Source of the DNA: an uncultured Pseudomonadota bacterium
GTDB lineage: Bacteria > Pseudomonadota > Alphaproteobacteria > JACZXZ01
DNA: 64,000 nt
NCBI GenBank assembly: GCA_963749075.1
Contig: CAVVLJ010000020.1
Location: 704,001 to 768,000 of the forward strand
Reading direction: 5' to 3'
Below, piece by piece: positions 58,142 through 64,000 of this stretch (the stretch's first letter is position 1; the number at the start of each line of letters is the position of its first letter). Under the pieces are notes generated by a model. That model made no database searches, was not told the origin of the DNA, and worked only from the letters and a program-made list of their open reading frames with translations. Both the position numbers and the translations under genes were made by a program.

Positions 58142-60301
58142 ATGGTCGACTATGTCGTCATGTGCCTGCTGTGCTGCCTCACCGGTTTAGGTGTGCGGCG
58201 GGTCCTGGCAAACAAGCCCGAGAATGCTTCGGGCTGGACGCTGGCGCCGGGTCTCGGGCTTTCGGTTTGGATCGTGTTGCTGACGTTGGCCGTGGCTCTC
58301 GGTCAACCGATCGGGCGCGCCGCTCTGCCGATCGCGGCGATCAGCGTCATTTTGGCACTGCTTGGCCTGAGGAGCCATCGGCACGTGCGGAACCGCGCCG
58401 CCATCGTCGGCATTTGCATCGCACTCGTGGTGCCGGTGGCGGTCATGGCGGCCTATTTCTGGTACGGCATCTCAACCTATCCCGGCAGCGACAAGGCCGA
58501 CGGCTGGAATTACCAAGCCTACGCGGAATACTTGAAGACGATGCCGGCGGGCGGGATCGCTGAAATGATCCCGCTCTACGCATATGGCATTCGCATCTCC
58601 GCGGCGCGGTTTGCCGGGTCAGGGCTCATAGCCTTGTATAGCGCCTTTCTGCGCGAGGACACACAGGCGGCAACCGGCGTTTTCTTGGCGGTTTCCCTCT
58701 TCTTTTACTGCTCGGGTTGCCTCTCATTCAGCCAGATGGCGTTGCGCCACCGAGGATACGCACCCGTCTTCTACGCGGCGTTCGCCACCTGCGGCGGTTG
58801 GATGCTCAATCTGATCATGGCCAATAATTTCGACAATGTGCTGGCGGCCGGCTTCGGGCCGACCCTGGCCGGCCTTGCCTACCGGGTCGATCCTCGCCGC
58901 CCCCGCTGGGGGGTTGCGGCAGGGCTCGCCGCCGGAGCGGCGATCCTCACCTACCCGGAGTTGTCTCCGGTTCTGCTGTTCCCGGCCACAGCGGTCGTCG
59001 TGGAGCGGATGATCCGCGAACATTGGGCGCGCAAAGCCTGGCTGCTACTATTAGGCGTCACCCTCATCGTAGCACTCCTGGTCGGTGCTCTCTGGCTGAA
59101 CGGCTGGATCGCCTTCTTCCGCATTCAGCTTGCAGCGGCGCTATCGGCGGGTCGGCGGCCCGGCGAGGGCTATTACCCGGCTCTGCTCGACCAGCACTGC
59201 GCGCTCGCGGCGTTTTGGGGTTTTTGGTCGCCGGTGGAAAGCTGCTGGGCGGCAATCAGGGACGGCACCTATTATGCCGGCCAGGCGCTCGCCGTCATGC
59301 TTTCGCTCCTCGCCGTGATCGGCGCGGCTGCGGCATTGCGGCGCGGCCGCTGGGCGTTGCCGGTCACGATGCTACTCAATGCAGCAATGGCCGGCTATGC
59401 TCTCCTGATATGGCATTACGGTTATGCCGCCTCAAAAATAATCTCTGCCGGCTGGTTCACTTTGGCTTATTTGGCCTTCGTGGGCGGCGAAACCTTATGG
59501 CTGGCACGGCCGCGGCCGCGATTGCTGCAGAGCGGCTTAGCCGGCGCGGCAATCCTGTCTTATGCGACGGTCTCCGGCATGCGAGTCATCAAATTCGACG
59601 ATATGGTCGCGCAAAAGAACATCGAATATTTTGCGCAGGTACGCAATGTCGCGGCGATTGCATCCAATGCCCGGATTGCCGTGAATCTGGACGATCTACT
59701 GCCTTTGGGATGGGCCGTCTATTATCTGAGACAGGCAAAAACCATCGTGATCAGTCACCACCCGGAGTTTGCCCCTCTTTCTGAAGCGCCGGCATCAAGT
59801 CGCGTGTCTTCTAAAAACCTCGGGGACATACGCTTTCAACTGGTCGGGCCATCAGGGGCTCTGTGCCCCGAATGGCGCTTGGTCTGGGAAGGCGGCCCCT
59901 ACCGCTTGTTCAAGACCTCGGCTTCGGGATCGCCGTTGTTGGCCGACCTCACCACGCCGAACGGCCTTGAATCTTGGGGCTTCTGGATGGGGGGGGGCGA
60001 CACCGAGTTCACCATCGTTTCCCGTGAAGCCGGCGAAGCGGACCTCAGCGCGTATCTGGGTCTCGGGCCAAGCCTGCCCGGCCGCACCGACACCCGGATC
60101 GCGGTCCTGACCGATCGCGGCTATCGCGGCGATTTCACCGTCGGCAACGGCCTGTTCTCCTTCCGCGTGCCGATCGGGGCAGGCGCCACCAGTATCCGCC
60201 TGCGGCCGTTGGACGAACCGACGCTGCTCAAGCCGCCATACGCCGATACTCGGCCTTTGCTGATCGCCGTCCGCGGCCTTTCAATGTTGAATTGTCCATA
60301 A
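58142..60301 (+). CDS. polytopic membrane protein, GT-C-like (paralog 3)
   Basis: KADGWNY, NFDN, LTYPE, RPGEGYY, YAASK; C-terminal TPNGLE...WMGGG...DTRPL domain. Confidence 0.7.
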   Translation: MVDYVVMCLLCCLTGLGVRRVLANKPENASGWTLAPGLGLSVWIVLLTLAVALGQPIGRAALPIAAISVILALLGLRSHRHVRNRAAIVGICIALVVPVAVMAAYFWYGISTYPGSDKADGWNYQAYAEYLKTMPAGGIAEMIPLYAYGIRISAARFAGSGLIALYSAFLREDTQAATGVFLAVSLFFYCSGCLSFSQMALRHRGYAPVFYAAFATCGGWMLNLIMANNFDNVLAAGFGPTLAGLAYRVDPRRPRWGVAAGLAAGAAILTYPELSPVLLFPATAVVVERMIREHWARKAWLLLLGVTLIVALLVGALWLNGWIAFFRIQLAAALSAGRRPGEGYYPALLDQHCALAAFWGFWSPVESCWAAIRDGTYYAGQALAVMLSLLAVIGAAAALRRGRWALPVTMLLNAAMAGYALLIWHYGYAASKIISAGWFTLAYLAFVGGETLWLARPRPRLLQSGLAGAAILSYATVSGMRVIKFDDMVAQKNIEYFAQVRNVAAIASNARIAVNLDDLLPLGWAVYYLRQAKTIVISHHPEFAPLSEAPASSRVSSKNLGDIRFQLVGPSGALCPEWRLVWEGGPYRLFKTSASGSPLLADLTTPNGLESWGFWMGGGDTEFTIVSREAGEADLSAYLGLGPSLPGRTDTRIAVLTDRGYRGDFTVGNGLFSFRVPIGAGATSIRLRPLDEPTLLKPPYADTRPLLIAVRGLSMLNCP

Positions 60302-60554
60302 TGGCGCGGCCGGCTGCGACCGAAAAGATTGTCGAGCGCGTGGGCGATGCTCGCTTGGAACGGCGGCGGCAATGCCGGCGGCATCGACATCTCGTCTTGA
60401 ACTGGGCCAGAATCCCTGGCAGGAGTGGGTCGGGGCGAACGAGGAATTCATGCGCTTGACGCCTGCGGGGGCGCACGCGTAGCCGGCGGTCCCGCTCCAA
60501 CGGCACTGTTCCCGAATATCCGGTGCAAAGCTCTTTGGACGGACGCTCACGAAG

Positions 60555-61451
60555 ATGGATACGACTTTTGGCCAGCCCGAAGAATTGACCTGCCGCATCT
60601 GCACCGCACCAGCCGGCCTTGTCGGCCGCAAGATGGGCAAATATGTGCAGAAGTATTTCAATTTATATCGTTGCGCGCGGTGCGGATTTGCCTTCGTGGG
60701 CAATCATCTCGAGGATTATGCGAAAGTGTACTCGGAGGAGTATTACGGCGGCCGGGGCGCCGATCCGCTGGCCGATTACACGTTCGAAATCGAGCACCTC
60801 GACGATACCGTGCACATGTACGAATGGCGCGGCATCTTGCGTGCCGTGACCGCCTTGCGCGGAGCACCCAAAGGCAGCCGCTGGCTCGACTACGGCTGCG
60901 CCCATGGCGGACTGGTTCACTATGTCCGAGCGCAGGGTGCCGCCGACATCATCGGTTTCGAAGAGGGCTGGATTGCCGGCCGCGCGCGGGTCTTGGGCGT
61001 TCCGATCCTGAGCAGCGAGGAGCTGGCGTCGCACAAGGCCTCGTTCGACGTCGTTACCGCGATCGAGGTCTTCGAGCACGTGGCCGATCCGGTCGCGGTT
61101 CTCACAAGCATTCGCGCGTTGATGAAGCCCGGCGGATTGCTGTTCTACACGACGGGCAACGCCGAACCGCACCGCAAGGCATTTATCGAATGGCGCTATG
61201 TGGTGCCCGAAGTGCACATTAGCTTTTTCGAGCCGGCGACGATGCGCCGTCTTCTGGCCCAGACCGGATTTCGCGCGGAAGAGCGCGGCTTCGTCCCCGG
61301 TTTCGAGGACATCATTCGCTTCAAGGTGCTGAAGAACCTTCATGTCCGCAAGCAGGCGGCGTGGGAGCGCGTTCTGCCCTGGACGCTGATATCGCGATTG
61401 GCCAACGCCAAGTACCAGGTCACCGCGCACCCCGTTGCGTGGGCGCAGTAA
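60555..61451 (+). CDS. class I SAM-dependent methyltransferase with N-terminal Zn-ribbon
   Basis: CRIC...CARC, WLDYGCAHG, FDVVTAIEVFEHV, MKPGG. Confidence 0.88.
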   Translation: MDTTFGQPEELTCRICTAPAGLVGRKMGKYVQKYFNLYRCARCGFAFVGNHLEDYAKVYSEEYYGGRGADPLADYTFEIEHLDDTVHMYEWRGILRAVTALRGAPKGSRWLDYGCAHGGLVHYVRAQGAADIIGFEEGWIAGRARVLGVPILSSEELASHKASFDVVTAIEVFEHVADPVAVLTSIRALMKPGGLLFYTTGNAEPHRKAFIEWRYVVPEVHISFFEPATMRRLLAQTGFRAEERGFVPGFEDIIRFKVLKNLHVRKQAAWERVLPWTLISRLANAKYQVTAHPVAWAQ

Positions 61452-61464
61452 CGCGCGGCGCCGA

Positions 61465-63715
61465 TCATTGGCCGACGCTCGGCCGGCCAGCGTCGAGCGT
61501 CCGCAGCTGCCCCACCGCAACCTGCCGGACCCCCGCCGAAGGACCGGTCACCTCGACCTCGCCGAGGGCGGCGAATTCCCGGATGTCGGCGGGCAACGCC
61601 GCAATCACCAAGTGCGGCAGCTCTTGCGGCACGATGCGCGCGAGGAGCCGGCCGGCGACACGGATTTCGACCGCGTTCTCCGGGCGGAGATCGGGACCCG
61701 CCTGCAGCTCCATCTGCAGCGAGCGGCCGGCGAGGGACGCGCCACCGTAAAGGCGGAACTCGCCGCGTCCGCTCAGCCAGCGGTTCAGAGCCGATGGGCT
61801 AGTGCCCTCCGGCTGGAGCCAGCCGCCGCCTGGAACGAGGCGGGCTTGGCCGGACAGCGGCAGCACTTCCACAAGCGTGTCCGTCCTCCGGCCGGCGACG
61901 TAGGTGATGTCCGCGAGCGCTCGGCCGGCGATGCCGACGCGCGGCAGCCGTGCCATCCAGCGCTCGCCTGCGCTCGGCAGAGGCAGCGGCGCGTAGCGAT
62001 TCGAACTCGCCCGGCGGCAGCCAAATGACGTTCGAGCCCCACCGATTGGCATAGAGGAAAAGATCGAGCGCCTCGCCGTGGAGGTCCGGCACGACGACGG
62101 CCGGCGTCTCGCGGCCGAGCGCCATGACGCGGTAGTCGACCGGCGCCGGCATGGCTTCGATGGCATCGACGTAGTCCTTCGAGAGCTGCCACTTCTCCGC
62201 GAGCGTCGTCTCGGCATAGCCTGCGCCCGCCGCGGCAATCACGAGCGCCGCCAAGGTGCCCACGCGGACATCCCCGATCGCGCGCGCGAACAGGCTCAGC
62301 CCGACGCCGAGCACGAGGCTCGGCAGGAACGCGAAGTAATCGGTGAGCTTCAAGAGGCCGTAACCCATCCCCCGCGCATAAAAATAGGCCTGAAACAGCA
62401 GCATGATGCCGGCGCTGGCGAAAAGGATGAAGATGTCGCTGTGGCCCGCCCCTCTTGACGCTCCGCGCCGCGTCACGCGCCGCGCCAGGGAGAGGAACGC
62501 CAGGCAGAACGCCGCCGCGAACGCGAGCGCCGCCAGCTGGACGTTATAGGAATAGGCGGAGAACACGTCGCTCTTGATCGCGCTCACGCCGCTCGCGTAG
62601 AGAACGAAGTCCGGAACCGCGACCCAGTCGCCGGGAGGCTTGGACGACGCATAGGCGAACTGCGCCACGATCAGCCGCCAAATGGTCCAGATCACCGGGA
62701 ATGAGACGGCAAGATAGCAAGCGACGAACAGCAGCAGCGCAACCGCCAGCCGCGCGAACTGGCGGCGCACCGCGGCCAGATAGACGAAAATCGTTGCCAG
62801 CAGCAGAAGCCAGAACGGATGGCCCTCCGGCGAAGCCATTGCCATAATCCCCATGGCAAGCCCCGCCGCCGCCGCTCCGGCGAGGAACTCGCCACGCCGC
62901 CGGCCGCGCCGCGCCGTCCAGGCCGCCAAGGCAAGAACGACGATCGACACGACCTCGCCCGAGGAGGATCCGACGAATTGCTGCAAGACTTGCGGCAGGA
63001 TGAAGTTGCCTGCGGCGAGCCCGGCAAAGCAGATGCAGGCGGCAAGGACGCTTTCGCCGGCAATGAAGGCGGCCCCCGTGGCGGCGAGCACGATCGTCAC
63101 CAGGGCGATTCTTTGGAAAAGAAAGAACGCGGCGTGGCTCTCGAGCCCGAACGTGCTGGCGAAATCCGCGACGAAGATCACTTCGGGAAGGCGAAGCACG
63201 ATGCCGGGTATCTTGGGCATGAAGCCCGCGGGGTAGGAGATGATCGGCGCCAGCCAGCCCGCGTGGCGAATTTGATCGATGCAGCCCAGATAGGCAAAGG
63301 TGTCGTCGTTGGTCAGGGGAAAGTATCCCTCGAGGCCGACGGAGGCGATGTCGACCGAATTGATCGCGCCGGACAACAGAGCGGCAGCGGCGACGAGGCC
63401 GGAGCCCAGGACGAGACCGCGCAGGGGAAGCCGTATGCGCCGCGCCGCGCCGGCCGCAATGAGGGCGGCAAGCGTCGAGGCGAGGACGATGGCATAAACC
63501 GCCCGGGATCCCAGGCCGAGATCGTGGAGGAGGGTGCCGAGGCCGAAATAAATGGTCAATCCGAAGGCGGGTGCCAGGAACAGCCAAGCCGGCAATTTCG
63601 CGGTGCCGTCGCGCGCCGCGAGCACGATTGCCGCGGGAGTCCCGATGAGGAAAAGGGAGCCGAATTGAACGGCCAACATGGCGACGAAGCCGCTCATGCG
63701 CGCCCTCCGCAGCAT
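61465..63715 (-). CDS. polytopic membrane protein, GT-C-like (paralog 4), +1 frameshift at ~62004
   Basis: TNDDTFAY, ASPE, YGLLK. Removing one A at 62004-62005 joins the gene to a C-terminal domain (SNRYAPLP...GGGWLQPEG...RWLSGRG) ending at 61465. Confidence 0.65.
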
Positions 63716-63824
63716 CTCTCTTCCCGCCGCGTCGCGCCGGAGGGCATGTGTCGGAACGCGCCATCGCGACGACCGGCAACGGACGTAGGCAGCGGCAGGC
63801 GAACGGTCGGCACGGCGTTATACG

Positions 63825-64000
63825 CTAGGACGGTTCGGCGGGCTGCTCTGCCGGGGACCGCGCCCGTGTCCGCGGCTCCGCTTGGGCGTCCGCAAGATCG
63901 CCCACCCCCGGCCCCGAGCGGGGGCCCCGGCGGTCGCGCACCTCGAGATTGATGGCGCGCTCGACGACGAAGAGCGGCCGCCCGCGCACCTCGTCGTAGA
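63825..64000 (-). CDS. 3' end of a GtrB/ArnC-like polyprenol-phosphate glycosyltransferase (GT2)
   Basis: Manual translation YDEVRGRPLFVVERAINLE...* matches the C-terminal IYxEVKxRPxYxV motif of this family. Only ~57 codons are visible. Confidence 0.65.
   Translation of the reverse strand, partial: YDEVRGRPLFVVERAINLEVRDRRGPRSGPGVGDLADAQAEPRTRARSPAEQPAEPS

Overview
High-GC bacterial DNA, most likely alphaproteobacterial (inferred from gene content). No rRNA, tRNA, CRISPR array or intact mobile element was recognised. Layout: (1) a hopanoid cluster hpnC-hpnB-hpnD-hpnE and shc, split by ~9.8 kb holding apt, a TRAP transporter, a lyase-like gene, oxidoreductases, LysE and LysR. (2) A ~32 kb surface-glycan locus (15.3-47.7 kb) with manC, gmd x2, fcl, Wzm/Wzt, GT2/GT4 enzymes and methyltransferases. 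It also has a dedicated transaldolase, SIS isomerase, GHMP kinase, HAD phosphatases, nucleotidyltransferases and redox enzymes, a set that parallels the lincosamide GDP-octose or GDP-heptose routes. (3) A compact three-gene secretion operon at 47.8-50.5 kb: a 118-aa precursor (Sec signal, double-glycine-like leader, 70-aa core with 30 Tyr), a FapF-like outer-membrane barrel and a FapD-like C39 peptidase lipoprotein. It lies divergent from a secreted G1 glutamic peptidase and is the best candidate for an undescribed system. (4) Four paralogous GT-C-like membrane proteins with two methyltransferases and the end of a GtrB-like gene. Five genes carry +1 frameshifts of one shared type (TC->TTC), probably sequencing errors. 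All calls come from motif recognition by eye; no searches were run.
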